Positions 1-10,949 of a DNA stretch of 32,000 nucleotides are shown in pieces. The notes below the pieces were generated by a model. It was not told where the DNA came from and did no database searches. It saw only the letters and a program-made list of their open reading frames with translations. Every line of letters begins with the position of its first letter. Within the stretch, counting starts at the first letter, position 1. This DNA is from Mycoplasma mycoides subsp. capri (lineage in GTDB: Bacteria > Bacillota_I > Bacilli_A > Mycoplasmatales > Mycoplasmataceae). Position numbers and translations under genes: made by a program. The stretch is taken from contig NZ_CP065581.1 in assembly GCF_018389705.1 (NCBI RefSeq), positions 210,001 to 242,000 of the forward strand. The letters are read 5' to 3'.

Positions 1-102
1 ATACTAGCTATTTTAATAGGAACACTTGTAATGACATTAATACTAGGGTTCTGAAAAAAAGTAGATATTAATAAAGGACGTTTACAATTAGTTCAAGTTT
101 AA
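1..102 (+). CDS. C-terminal end of a membrane protein (partial)
   Basis: Open in frame 1 (code 4) from window edge: ILAILIGTLVMTLILGFWKKVDINKGRLQLVQV*, hydrophobic then basic tail. Confidence 0.6.
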
Positions 103-107
103 AATAG

Positions 108-131
108 ATCCTCTTTTTAAGAGGATTTTTA
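108..131 (+). terminator. Rho-independent terminator after the partial ORF
   Basis: Inverted repeat atcctctt...aagaggat followed by T run. Confidence 0.7.
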
Positions 132-144
132 ATTAGAAATAAAA

Positions 145-172
145 AATCCTATTTTATAACTAAAATAGGATT
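145..172 (-). terminator. Hairpin terminator downstream of deoA
   Basis: Perfect 12-bp inverted repeat aatcctatttta/taaaataggatt with T-rich tail on the minus strand. Confidence 0.6.
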
Positions 173-184
173 AATTATTATTCA

Positions 185-1498
185 TTATTTCACATCTTCA
201 GATATGATTTCTCAGATCACTTTTTTGACGGGCTGTTGCTCTAGTAATTCGTATGACTCATGTATTTCTTTTTCTCATTTTGGATTAATTTCTCTATTTG
301 TATAAAGAGTCATAATTGTATCGCCAGCATTAACATAATCACCATATTGCTTATCAAAATAAATTCCAGCTCCATGATCAATTTTATCTGTTTTTTTAAA
401 TCTTCCAGCACCAATTTCTATTAAAATCATTCCGATTTCTTCAGCTCTTTTATATCTAATATATCCACTATTTGTTGCTTTAATTTCTAGTTTATTTTTA
501 CAACTAAAGTGTTTATCATAATTTTCTAAAACACTTCAATCTCCACCTTGAGCAATTACAAAGTCTTTTAGATAATGTGCAGCTTCTTTTGATTTTAATT
601 TCTTTAAAACATCTTGTTTAGCTTCATTTAAATCAGCAAATACTTTAGCTTGTAATAAAGTAATTCCAACTAGAGTTGCAATTAGTTCATTAAAATCACT
701 AGGTCCATTACCATTTAAAGTTTCTCAAGCTTCTTTAACTTCTAAAGCATTTCCCATAGCTCTACCTAATGGTTTTTCCATATTAGTTAAAACTACAGCT
801 ACTTTTCTATTATATTGTTTTCCAACTTCAATCATACGATTAGCTAAATCTTTAGCATCTTCAATTGTTGTCATAAATGCACCATTACCAGTTTTAACAT
901 CTAATATTAAACCATCATTTTCAACAATCATTTTTTTACTCATAATTGAAGCAACAATTAAAGGCATTGAATCTATTGTTCCTGTTACATCTCTTAAGGC
1001 ATAAATTTTTTTATCAGCTGGAACAATATTATCTGATTGAGCAATAATGCTCATATTTGTTTTATTAATTACATCTACAAACTCATCATTTGTAACTTCA
1101 CATTTTCATCCTGGAAATGATTCTAATTTATCAATAGTTCCACCAGTTTTTCCTAAACCTCTTCCAGATAATTTACATACTTTAATTCCATAACTTGCAA
1201 CTAGTGGTGCATAAACTAAACTAGTTTTATCTCCAACTCCTCCAGTTGAGTGTTTATCTGCTTTAAAACCACTAACTTTAGATAAATCATATCTATCTCC
1301 AGATTCAATATAAGCTTTAGTTAAATAAGCAGTTTCTTTAGCTGTCATATCTGTAAAATAAGTAGCCATGCAAAAACTAGCCATTTGATAATCAGTAATT
1401 TCACCTTTTGTATAACTATTAATTAATCAAGAGATTTCTTGTTCAGTTAATTCTATATTATGTTTCTTTTTTTCTATTATATCTGCAAATGTAAACAT
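185..1498 (-). CDS. deoA: Pyrimidine-nucleoside (thymidine) phosphorylase
   Basis: 437 codons with TGA=Trp. [22 protein letters not shown]..., [50 protein letters not shown] and [24 protein letters not shown] are typical of this family. Confidence 0.93.
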
Positions 1499-1659
1499 TT
1501 ATATACCAACTTTCTATTTGTCTATTTTTATTATACTTTTAAAATCAATATTATTTTGAACATTAATTTTGACAATTTTAGTATTGGGTTTTAAAATAGT
1601 AAAATATTTCATAGGTGCTATAATAACTATACATAAAAATGTCATTAAGGAGTAAAAAA

Positions 1660-3336
1660 ATGAGTTTTAACAAATTAGATCAAACTTATTTAGATTGAAT
1701 TAATCATCCTAATTTAGATCAAGAATTAAAAGAATTATTAAATAAAGCAGATGATAATGAATTAAATGCTGCTTTTAATTTGGAATTAAAATTTGGAACA
1801 GCAGGAATTAGAGGAATACTAGGAGCTGGTCCTGGTAGATTTAATGTTTATACTATTAAAAAAGTAACAATAGCTTATGCTAAATTATTACAAACAAAAT
1901 ATAGTAATGACTTAAATAAAGGTGTTGTTATTGGTCATGATAATAGACATAATTCTAAAAAATTTGCTAAATTAGTAGCAGATATTTTAACAAGTTTTAA
2001 TATTAAGGCTTATTTATTTAAAAATAATGATCTTCAACCAACACCAGTAGTTAGTTTTGCAACAAAAGCTTTAAATTGTATTGGTGGAATTGTTATAACT
2101 GCTTCTCATAATCCAGCTGAGTATAATGGATATAAAATTTATGATCCATATGGGTGTCAATTAATGCCACATGATACTGATGTTATTGCTAGTTATATGA
2201 ATGAAATTACAAATATTTTAGATTGAACATTTATATCAAACAATAATTTATTAGAAATTGTTGATCAAAGTGTAATTGATAAATATTTTGAAATGATTAA
2301 AAACTTAGAATTTTATAAAAATCAAGATAAATCTAATCTAAAAATTATTTATTCAGCTGTAAATGGAACTGGAAGCTTATATACTCCAATTGTTTTAAAA
2401 CAATCAGGATATGAAGTTATAGAAGTAAAAGAACACGCTTTTGAAGATGAGACTTTTAAAAATGTAATTAATCCTAATCCTGAATTTGATCCAGCATGAA
2501 AAATACCACTAGAATATGCTAAAAAATATGATGCTGATATTATTATTTTAAATGATCCAGATGCTGATAGATTTGGTATGGCTATTAAGCATAATAATGA
2601 ATTTATTAGATTAAATGGTAATCAAACTGGAGCTATTTTAATTGATTGAAAACTAAGTAATTTAAAACGTTTAAATAAATTACCAAAAAACCCAGCTTTA
2701 TATTCTAGTTTTGTTACAAGTGATCTTGGTGATAGAATTGCTAGTGAAACTTATAATGCTAATGTAGTTAAGACTTTAACTGGATTTAAATGAATGGGTC
2801 AAGAAATGTTAAAAGAGCCTTTAAATGGTTTAAATTTTGTGTTTGCTTATGAAGAAAGTTATGGTTATGTAATTGATGATTCAACAAGAGATAAAGATGG
2901 AATTCAAGCATCAATTATTGCAGCTGAAGCTTGTTGATATTATAAAAATCAAAATATGACTTTAGTTGATTATTTAAATCAGTTATATGAAAAATATGGA
3001 TATTATTACACAACTACTTATAATTTAAACTTTAAACCTGAAGAAAAAGATTCAAAAATTGCTCCAATTATGAAATTATTAAGAACTACAGGAATTAAAC
3101 AAATTAATAATTTAAAAGTAGTTAAAATTGAAGATTATATTAATGGGTTATATAATATGCCTTCTGAAGATTTATTAAAAATTTATTTAGAAGATAAATC
3201 TTGAATTGCAATTAGACCATCAGGAACAGAACCTAAATTAAAAATTTATTTTGTAATAGTTGATAGTTCCTTACAAAAAGCAGAAAATAAAGCTGAAAAG
3301 ATCTATACAGAATTAAAAACAATTTTAAATATTTAG
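1660..3336 (+). CDS. Phosphomannomutase/phosphoglucomutase-family phospho-sugar mutase (possible phosphopentomutase role)
   Basis: 558 codons with TGA=Trp, SD taaggag. Active-site serine motif [18 protein letters not shown], metal loop [13 protein letters not shown]-terminal [15 protein letters not shown]. Confidence 0.9.
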
Positions 3337-3347
3337 AAAGTAAATTT

Positions 3348-4016
3348 ATGGAAATTAAATTAAATAAATATATTGATCACACTTTATTAAAACCAGAAGC
3401 AACCAAACAAGATATTATTAATTTATGTAATCAAGCAATCCAATATGATTTTGCAACAGTTTGTGTTAATACTTGTTGAACTAGTCTTTGTAAAGAATTA
3501 TTAAAAAATAGTAATGTAGGTATTACAAATGTTGTTGGTTTTCCATTAGGTGCTTGTCTAACTGAAGTTAAAGTTTTTGAAACTAAAAAAGCAATTGAAA
3601 ACGGTTGTGATGAAATTGATATGGTACTAAACATTGGTGCTTTAAAAGATAAAGATTATGATTTAGTTTTAAATGATATGAAAGAAGTCAAAAAAGCAGC
3701 TAATGATCATGTTGTTAAAGTTATTTTAGAAAACTGTTTATTAACAGAACAAGAAATTATTAAAGCTTGTGAATTAGCTGTTCAAGCAGGAATAGATTTT
3801 GTTAAAACTTCAACAGGGTTTAACAAATCTGGAGCTAATATTAAAGATGTTAAATTAATGAGTGAAGTTGTTAAAAGCAAAGCCAAGGTTAAAGCTGCTG
3901 GTGGAGTTAGAACTTATGATGATGCAATTGCAATGATAAATGCTGGAGCAAGTAGACTTGGAACTAGTGGATCTGTTGAAATAATGTTAAAACAAGAAAA
4001 TAAAAGTAATTATTAA
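3348..4016 (+). CDS. deoC: Deoxyribose-phosphate aldolase
   Basis: 222 codons; [36 protein letters not shown] and [13 protein letters not shown] motifs. Confidence 0.95.
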
Positions 4017-4024
4017 TATAAAAT

Positions 4025-4067
4025 AAGCCCCTTATTATTTGATTAAAAATCAAAAAAGGGGCTTTTA
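4025..4067 (+). terminator. Rho-independent terminator after deoC
   Basis: agcccctt...aaggggct followed by T-rich stretch. Confidence 0.7.
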
Positions 4068-4080
4068 TTATTGTAATTTT

Positions 4081-5083
4081 TTAATTTGTTTTTAGTTTAT
4101 CATTAATTTCAACTTCTAGTTTTTTTAGTGTTTCAAATATTTGTTCTATTGATGGTATATGTCCATAAAACATATTTTTCATATCAACATAATCTTTTTT
4201 AACTTGCTCTAGTCTAAAATCATTTGGTATTAATTTTAAATTCTTATTTTCTAAAACATCATCATAATTTGCAGATTTTGATCAATAAAATTTCTTTTTA
4301 AATTGAGTAGCATCTAAAAGTAAATTTATATCATCAAGAGCTTTTTTCTTATAAACTGAATTATATAAGCAATACAAATCATAATAATGTCTAGCATATC
4401 TAGTATTAAGTGGTTTTTCTTCAGACTTATTACATACAGAGTGTAAAATAAGTGTTTTTTCTCAAAAAGTTCTTTCAGGACTAATAGTTCTTATAATAGC
4501 AGATTGTTTAAATACATCAGGATATACTTCAGAAATTAAAGGCTTGATTTTTACATCTTCAGCAGGAGTTGACTTACCAAGACAACCTATTTCTAGTCTA
4601 ATATTTTTAGTTAAATAGGTTTGAGAAAATAGCTTAGGATAACTACATAAAACACTGTTTGGATCTTCTGGATCAATTCAAAATTCTAAATTATATTTAT
4701 TTAAATCTTCATTTAATGTTTTTACAAATTCATCTTTTAAAAAGACTATTGTTTTTTCATTTAATGCTGTATTAAATCTACTTTGGCTGCTTTTAGTTCT
4801 TTCAATGTATGGTTCGTTGTTTTCATAACCTACAACTTTTCAATCTAATATTAAATCTATATCTTCAGAAAACCTTTCAATTAAATTAAAACATTTAGAA
4901 AGTGAGGTTCCACCTTTAAAAGTAAATGAATTAGATCATTTACTTTCACTAAAAATATAATCTAATAAAAAACTAACTCAATAATCTTTTTCTACAACCT
5001 CTCTTGGTCAATCTCTTATATCAGCTGCATTTGATATTAAAACTCTTAGTTCTGAATCTGTTTTTACATAAAATTTATTCATA
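4081..5083 (-). pseudogene. AbiEii/AbiGii-family nucleotidyltransferase toxin, frameshifted near its 5' end
   Basis: Body (frame with + codon starts = 1 mod 3, open from 5046 to stop 4081-4083) reads ...[65 protein letters not shown].... The ATG at 5083 with SD aagga encodes MNKFYVKTDSELRV in a different frame. The frames join only if one base is removed from the T5 run (+ strand A5, 5039-5043). Confidence 0.65.
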
Positions 5084-5683
5084 TTGTTCCTTACAAATTT
5101 CTTTAATATAATCATAGATTCATACAGTTGTACAACTTGCTTCTTTTAGCAAATTTTTCTTTTCAACTTCAGATAATCTATGTCTGATTCTACCAATGTC
5201 CTTTTTTGTTAAATTGTTCTTACCAACTTCTTTAATAGCTTGAATAACAATTTTTGTTTTTAAAGACATATTTGAAATTTCTTTATTACTAACTTTTTTA
5301 AATTCTATAACCTTTCTATTTATTCTATATGTTTTATTTTTTCCATTGGTTACATAAATATTTTTAGCTGGAACTTGCGTTGATAAACCTAATATATTAA
5401 GACAAGCAATACCAAAAGGAGCAATTTCTCAATTATATTTTCTAGCAATAGAAATTGCTAATTCATGAACTCCAAATGCTTCATATTCTTGAATAAGTTC
5501 ACTATAAGCAGGACTATAATAAAAACCATTCATAATTCTTTTGATTTTTTGTTCTTCTACTAGTTTATTTAAAGTTCTACGAACAGTTTCATTAGAAGCA
5601 ATATCTAAAAAATCATTACTAATAAAAATTGTTCCAGGTTCAAAGTGATCAATTCTATTTTGAATTTGTGATAAATATGACAT
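4973..5683 (-). CDS. AbiEi-like / DUF6088-type antitoxin or transcriptional regulator
   Basis: 236 codons with TGA=Trp, SD aaaggag. MSYLSQIQNRIDHFEPGTIFISNDFLD...RRTLNKLVEEQKIKRIMNGFYYSP...NWEIAPFGIACLNILGLSTQVPAK. Typical length would end near codon 200, but no stop occurs before 4973-4975. Confidence 0.7.
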
Positions 5684-5708
5684 AATTTTTTACTCCTTTC
5701 TCCCAAAA

Positions 5709-5714
5709 ATTATA
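5709..5714 (-). promoter_or_regulatory. Possible -10 box for the AbiE-like module
   Basis: Minus strand TATAAT at a sensible distance upstream of ATG 5683. Confidence 0.35.
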
Positions 5715-5739
5715 TCATATTCGGGATAAATTAGAAAAA

Positions 5740-5768
5740 ATAAAAACTAGCACCCTGATAGTGCTAGT
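5740..5768 (-). terminator. Rho-independent terminator downstream of gpmI
   Basis: ctagcac-ccctgata-like loop-gtgctag inverted repeat (5747-5753/5761-5767) followed by T run on the minus strand. Confidence 0.7.
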
Positions 5769-5780
5769 TATTTTTAGATT

Positions 5781-7376
5781 CTAATTATGATCAATCATTG
5801 ATTCTAATTCCATTTCTTTTGGAATTTCAATGTTCATTAAATCTAAAATAGTTGGAGCAACTTTAGCAATTGCTGGATCGTTTTGTTTTAGTTTAATATT
5901 TAGATCAGTAATTATAATTGGAACTAATGAAGTTGTATGTTTTTTATTTACTTGTCCATCTTTATCAATCATTATTTCAGCATTACCATGATCTGCTGTA
6001 ATCACCATAATTCCATTATGTCTTAAAACAAATTCTTCATGAATACGTTTTAATTGTTCGTCTAAAGTTTTACATGCAATTTCAGTGGCTTTATTATTTC
6101 CAGTATGACCTACCATATCACAATTTGCAAAGTTTAAAACTATAAAATCAAATTCATCTTTTTTAATTTCGTCTAATAGTTTATCTGTAATTTCAACGGC
6201 TGACATTTGTGGTTTTAAATCATAAGTTGCAACTTTTGCTGAAGGAATTAAATCAATATAAGCATTAGCTAAAGTAATTTCATCATTTTTTGCTAAACCA
6301 TTTTTAAAATAGTCATTTCCTCCATCAAAAAAGAAAGTAACATGAGCAATTTTTTCAGTTTCAGCAATTCTTAATTGTTTTAATCCAAGTTTAGATAAAT
6401 ACTGACCTAAAGTATTTGTTAAAGGTTTTGGTGGATAAGCAATATGTGGTGAAGTTATACTATCTGAATATTTCATCATAGAAACAAATCTAATTTTATC
6501 TCCAATAAACTCAGCATCACTAAATGCTTCACTTTGTCAAGCTATATAGTTTTTATTAGTTAAAATTGATGAAATTTGAATAGCTCTATCTGGACGAAAA
6601 TTAGTCATAATAATTGCATCATTTGCTTTTAAATTACCATTTAAATCATCTTGATTAAATGCTGGAATAATCATTTCATCATCGTGATTTATCATATATT
6701 CTTGTTGGATGTAATCTAAAATATTTGTAAATGATCTAACATTATTTCTATTAGTAATAGCATTATAAGCAATACGTGATCTATCAAATCTTTTATCACG
6801 ATCCATTGCATAATATCTTCCACTAATTGAAGAAATCACACCAATATTATTATTTTGTTTTATTAATTCTAATAAATCTTTAACAAAATCATAAGCTAAT
6901 TTTGGTTTAGTATCTCTTCCATCAGTAATTAAATCAAACTTAATATTTGTAATACCATAATCAATTGCTGCTTTATAAATAGCTATCATATGATCAAAAT
7001 GAGAATGAACACCACCATTTGAAAATAATCCCATTAAATGTAAAGCGCTATTATTATTTTTTACATACTCAAAACTTTTAACAATTTCTTCATTTTTTGC
7101 TATGTTATTAGTTTTTGTTTCATGATTTAGTTTTGCTAAAGATTCTAAATTAATTCTTCCAGCTCCTAAATGAATATGTCCAACTTCAGAGTTTCCCATT
7201 TGATTATCAGGTAGACCTACTCATTTTCCTGAAGCGTGAGCTTTTAGTCAAGGATAAGTTTTTTTTAAGTACTCTACAAATACCATATTTGCATTATCAA
7301 CAGCATTTCCTTTATCAGGTTCACTAATTCCTCAACCATCTAGAATTGCTAGTAAAACTGGTCTTTTTACTTTCAT
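5781..7376 (-). CDS. gpmI: 2,3-bisphosphoglycerate-independent phosphoglycerate mutase
   Basis: 531 codons with TGA=Trp. MKVKRPVLLAILDGWGISEPDKGNAV, MGNSEVGHIHLGAGR, LMGLFSNGGVHSHFDH, NFANCDMVGHTGN, ITADHGNAE. Confidence 0.96.
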
Positions 7377-7378
7377 TT

Positions 7379-8215
7379 TTATTCTCCTAGTATATAGTGT
7401 TTAATAAATTCTTCAACTGCGCCTTGTTCAGCTGTTTTATCTATATAAATATTTGCTATTTTTTTAATTGGTTCAACTGAGTTTTTAATAGCTACTTTAT
7501 ATCCTACATGATTTATCATTTCTCAATCATTCATTCCATCACCAATTGCTGCAATGTTTTTTAAATCAATATTAAAATAGTTTGAAAATCATTCTACAGC
7601 TAATTTCTTATTAACATTTTTTTTATTAATTTCTGCTAGTTTATTATCATTTGTAGCTATGTTAAAATTCAATTCATTAACTAAAATATCATAAAATTCT
7701 TTGTTTGCATCAAAACCTAAAAGCTTAAAGAATTTAAAATTAAAATCATCTTTAATATCTTTATATTCAAGAACTTGACCATCAAAAAAAACAGTTTCAT
7801 CATGATAATCACTTGGATTTTGAGTTCATTTATTAGTTATTACAGTTTTTAAATCATCAACATATCCTCAAATTTTAATATCACTATTTTTATATTTATC
7901 ACTAGTTACTAAATCAAATACTTTTTTTGCTTGATCTGTACTAATTGGATTTGATAATAAAATTTGATCTTTACTTAAATCATAAATACAAGCTGCGTTA
8001 TATCCAGCAATTAATTGATGATCAACTAACAAACCGTGATGTTTTAAACTATTTAGTTTTGCTAAAACAGGTCGTCCTGTAACAAAAACTACTTTAACTC
8101 CTTTATTTATTATTCTTTTTAATGGTTCAATATTTTTTTCTATAATAGGACCCATTTTATAATAACTAGTCCCATCCATATCTAATATTAATAACTTAAT
8201 CTCTGGTTTATTCAT
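7379..8215 (-). CDS. Cof-type HAD-family hydrolase
   Basis: 278 codons. [12 protein letters not shown] (motif I), VVFVTGRP, C-terminal [13 protein letters not shown]. Confidence 0.88.
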
Positions 8216-8954
8216 TATAGTTAACTAAACCTAAATAATCACTAGCTAATAAAGAAGCTCCTCCAACTAAAGCTCCATCAATATTTGGCATTTTTAAATA
8301 TTCTTGAATATTTGATGGTTTAACACTTCCACCATACTGAATAATAATTTGTTCAGCTGTATTTTTATCATAAATTTTTGCTAAATTATTTCTGATTTGT
8401 TTACATACTTCTTCAGCATCAATACTTGTTGCTGTTTTTCCAGTACCAATTGCTCAAATTGGTTCATAAGCAATAATTGCTTTGATTGCGTCTTCTTTTT
8501 TAATACCTTCAAACATTATATTAATTTGATTATTTACAAATTCAATAGTTTTTCCACTTTCTTTAGTTTGTAAAGTTTCACCACAACAAATAATTGGAGT
8601 TATATTATTTTCTAATAAAGCTTTAGCTTTTTTATTAACATCTAAATCAGTTTCATTAAACATTTCTCTTCTTTCAGAATGTCCAATAATTACATATTCA
8701 ACTCCGATTTCTTTTAGCATTGTAGTTGAAATTTCTCCAGTATAAGCACCCTTATCTTTATAATGTACGTTTTGAGCAGCTATTTTAACATTTTTTGCAA
8801 GTTTTAGCCCAGTTTGTAACATTACATAAGGTACAGCTAATCCCGCTATAATTTTTGAACTATCTATTTTATTATCTACTTGGTTTAAAAAATCTGTCAA
8901 ACTTTCATTAGTTCCATTCATTTTTCAATTACCAAAAATTACCTTTTTTTTCAT
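8208..8954 (-). CDS. tpiA: Triosephosphate isomerase
   Basis: 248 codons. [62 protein letters not shown]. Confidence 0.96.
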
Positions 8955-9040
8955 AATAGATTTACCTTTCAGATTAAATGCCTATATAATTATATATTTT
9001 TAAAACTCAATAAAATAATTATTATAAATAAGCAAATAAA

Positions 9041-9062
9041 AAAAGCTAATCTAATTAGCTTT
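9041..9062 (-). terminator. Hairpin terminator overlapping the nagB 3' end
   Basis: aaagctaat/attagcttt inverted repeat followed on the minus strand by T run. Confidence 0.5.
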
Positions 9063-9785
9063 TAAATTAGTTAATTTACTTGCTGCATTTTTATCAATAA
9101 TTATTGTGACATCATTATGTTTTTGTAATATTGTACAAGGTCATTTTTTTGTAATTTGTCCTTGAATTAAATGATAAATAGCTTCAGATTTATTATCTCC
9201 AGTTGCTAGTAATAAAATTTTTTTAGCATTCATTATTGATTGTAAACCCATTGAAATTGCTTGAGTTGGTACTTGATCTATTGAATCAAAAAATCTTGAA
9301 TTTGCTTTAATAGTTGAATTTGTTAAATTAACAATTTGAGTTAAGGACTCAAAACTTGAATCTGGTTCATTAAATCCAATATGTCCATTAACTCCAAGTC
9401 CTAAAAGCTGTAAATCAATACCATTAGCTTTTTTAATTAGTTCATCATAAGCTTTTGGATTATCATAAAAACTAGCATTAGGTATATAACAATTATTTTT
9501 ATTTATATCAATAAAATTAAATAGTTGTTCGTTCATAAAATAATAATAAGATTGTTTACTATTTTTATCTATATCTTTATATTCATCTAAATTAAAACTA
9601 ATAACATCTTTAAAGCTAATTTGTTTTTCTTGATACATTTGAATTAGTTTTTTATAAGTATTAATTGGTGTGGAACCAGTTGCTAAACCTAATACACTAT
9701 TAGGTTTATTTTTGATTTGTTCACTTATAATTTGCGCTGCTTTATTTGCAACTTGTTCTTCATTTTCTAAAACTATTAGTTTCAT
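9051..9785 (-). CDS. nagB: Glucosamine-6-phosphate deaminase
   Basis: 244 codons. MKLIVLENEEQVANKAAQII, NSVLGLATGSTPINTYKKLI, SFNLDEYKDIDK, LLGLGVNGHIGFNEP. Confidence 0.95.
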
Positions 9786-9855
9786 AATTATTGCTCCAAT
9801 TACTAGTAAAAATATAAAGTAATTATATACTTATTAGTTTTTTAAAATAAAAAAA

Positions 9856-9873
9856 AGTAGTCTTATGACTACT
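9856..9873 (-). terminator. Terminator of the tRNA cluster
   Basis: agtagtc-ttat-gactact inverted repeat followed by T run on minus strand. Confidence 0.7.
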
Positions 9874-9892
9874 TATAATTTTTGTGTTCAAG

Positions 9893-9968
9893 TGGTGGTC
9901 GTGGACGGAATTGAACCGCCGACACGCAGAGCTTCAGTCTGCTGCTCTACCGACTGAGCTACACGACC
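9893..9968 (-). tRNA. tRNA-Phe(GAA)
   Basis: Revcomp GGTCGTGTAGCTCAGTCGG...GCAGACTGAAGCTCTGC...CACGACCACCA; loop CTGAAGC. Confidence 0.96.
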
Positions 9969-9976
9969 ATAAAAAA

Positions 9977-10053
9977 TGGCGACCCCAACGGGACTCGAAC
10001 CCGTGATCTCCTCCGTGACAGGGAGGCGCGATAACCAACTTCGCTATGGGGCC
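9977..10053 (-). tRNA. tRNA-Asp(GTC)
   Basis: Revcomp GGCCCCATAGCGAAGTTGG...CCTCCCTGTCACGGAGG...TGGGGTCGCCA. Confidence 0.95.
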
Positions 10054-10055
10054 AT

Positions 10056-10131
10056 TGGTTGCGGGGGCAGGACTCGAACCTGCGGCCTCCGGGTTATGAG
10101 CCCGGCGAGCTACCAACTGCTCTACCCCGCG
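10056..10131 (-). tRNA. Initiator tRNA-fMet(CAT)
   Basis: Revcomp CGCGGGGTAGAGCAGTTGG...CCGGGCTCATAACCCGG...CCCCGCAACCA; C1:A72 mismatch and GGG/CCC anticodon stem are initiator features. Confidence 0.93.
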
Positions 10132-10153
10132 TTGTTTTTAAATTCTTAATAAA

Positions 10154-10246
10154 TGGCGGAAGATGAGGGATTCGAACCCCCGCTCGGGTTTCCCCGACTC
10201 TCGGTTTTCAAGACCGATCCCTTCAGCCGGACTTGGGTAATCTTCC
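10154..10246 (-). tRNA. tRNA-Ser(TGA)
   Basis: Revcomp GGAAGATTACCCAAGTCCGGCTGAAGG...CGGTCTTGAAAACCG with long variable arm ...TCATCTTCCGCCA. Confidence 0.94.
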
Positions 10247-10288
10247 GTACTACCATTCTTTCATACTAAAAATATTTTTATTTTAATA

Positions 10289-10365
10289 TGGTGGACCTTA
10301 TTGGACTTGAACCAATGACCGTCCGGTTATGAGCCGGATGCTCTAACCAACTGAGCTAAAGGTCC
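10289..10365 (-). tRNA. tRNA-Ile2(CAT), probable lysidine substrate
   Basis: Revcomp GGACCTTTAGCTCAGTTGG...CCGGCTCATAACCGG...AAGGTCCACCA. CAT anticodon; distinct from the fMet and elongator Met genes in the same cluster. Confidence 0.78.
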
Positions 10366-10376
10366 ATAAATAAATA

Positions 10377-10453
10377 TGGTAGCGGGGGAGAGAGTTGAAC
10401 TCTCGACCTTTCGGGTATGAACCGAACGCTCTAACCAACTGAGCTACCCCGCC
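10377..10453 (-). tRNA. Elongator tRNA-Met(CAT)
   Basis: Revcomp GGCGGGGTAGCTCAGTTGG...TTCGGTTCATACCCGAA...CCCCGCTACCA. Confidence 0.88.
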
Positions 10454-10457
10454 ATAA

Positions 10458-10533
10458 TGGTGGACCCTAACGGGATCGAACCGTCGACCCCCTGCGTGCA
10501 AGGCAGGTGCTCTCCCAGCTGAGCTAAGGGCCC
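10458..10533 (-). tRNA. tRNA-Ala(TGC)
   Basis: Revcomp GGGCCCTTAGCTCAGCTGGGAGAGCACCTGCCTTGCACGCAGG...GGGTCCACCA. Confidence 0.95.
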
Positions 10534-10543
10534 ATTATTATAA

Positions 10544-10620
10544 TGGTCGGGAAGACAGGATTTGAACCTGCGACCCTTCGGTCCCAAACCGAATGCTCTA
10601 CCAAACTGAGCCACTTCCCG
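10544..10620 (-). tRNA. tRNA-Pro(TGG)
   Basis: Revcomp CGGGAAGTGGCTCAGTTTGG...TTCGGTTTGGGACCGAA...CTTCCCGACCA. Confidence 0.95.
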
Positions 10621-10667
10621 AATACTTGTTATTATGTTTTAAAGATAATAACAATTTATTTTCTAAA

Positions 10668-10744
10668 TGGTGCGCCCGGAGGGACTCGAACCCCCAACCT
10701 TTTGATCCGTAGTCAAGCGATCTATCCAATTGATCTACGGGCGC
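10668..10744 (-). tRNA. tRNA-Arg(ACG)
   Basis: Revcomp GCGCCCGTAGATCAATTGG...CTTGACTACGGATCAA...CGGGCGCACCA. Confidence 0.93.
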
Positions 10745-10949
10745 ATATAAAATTTATCTTTGTTATTATCTTATCATATTAAATGACTTTATTATTATAG
10801 ATAATATCTTTACCATTTACAACATAAATAAGCAAAAAATATTAATAATTTTAAAAATATTTATAAAAATAATTTCTAAAATAAATCTATAAAAAATTAA
10901 AACTAAACTAAAGACATTTAAAATTATAAATCTTTAATTTAGTTTTAGA

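Noticed and set aside
3431-3634. Minus-strand ORF inside deoC
   Set aside because: Antisense to a clear deoC coding region.
10056-10453. Three tRNAs with CAT anticodons, possible duplication
   Set aside because: Bodies are clearly different and match initiator Met, Ile2 (lysidine) and elongator Met, which is normal.
9934-10782. ORFs 9934-10116 (-) and 10543-10782 (+)
   Set aside because: They lie across tRNA genes; peptides such as MVGKTGFEPATLRSQTECSTKLSH are well-known spurious translations of tRNA sequence.
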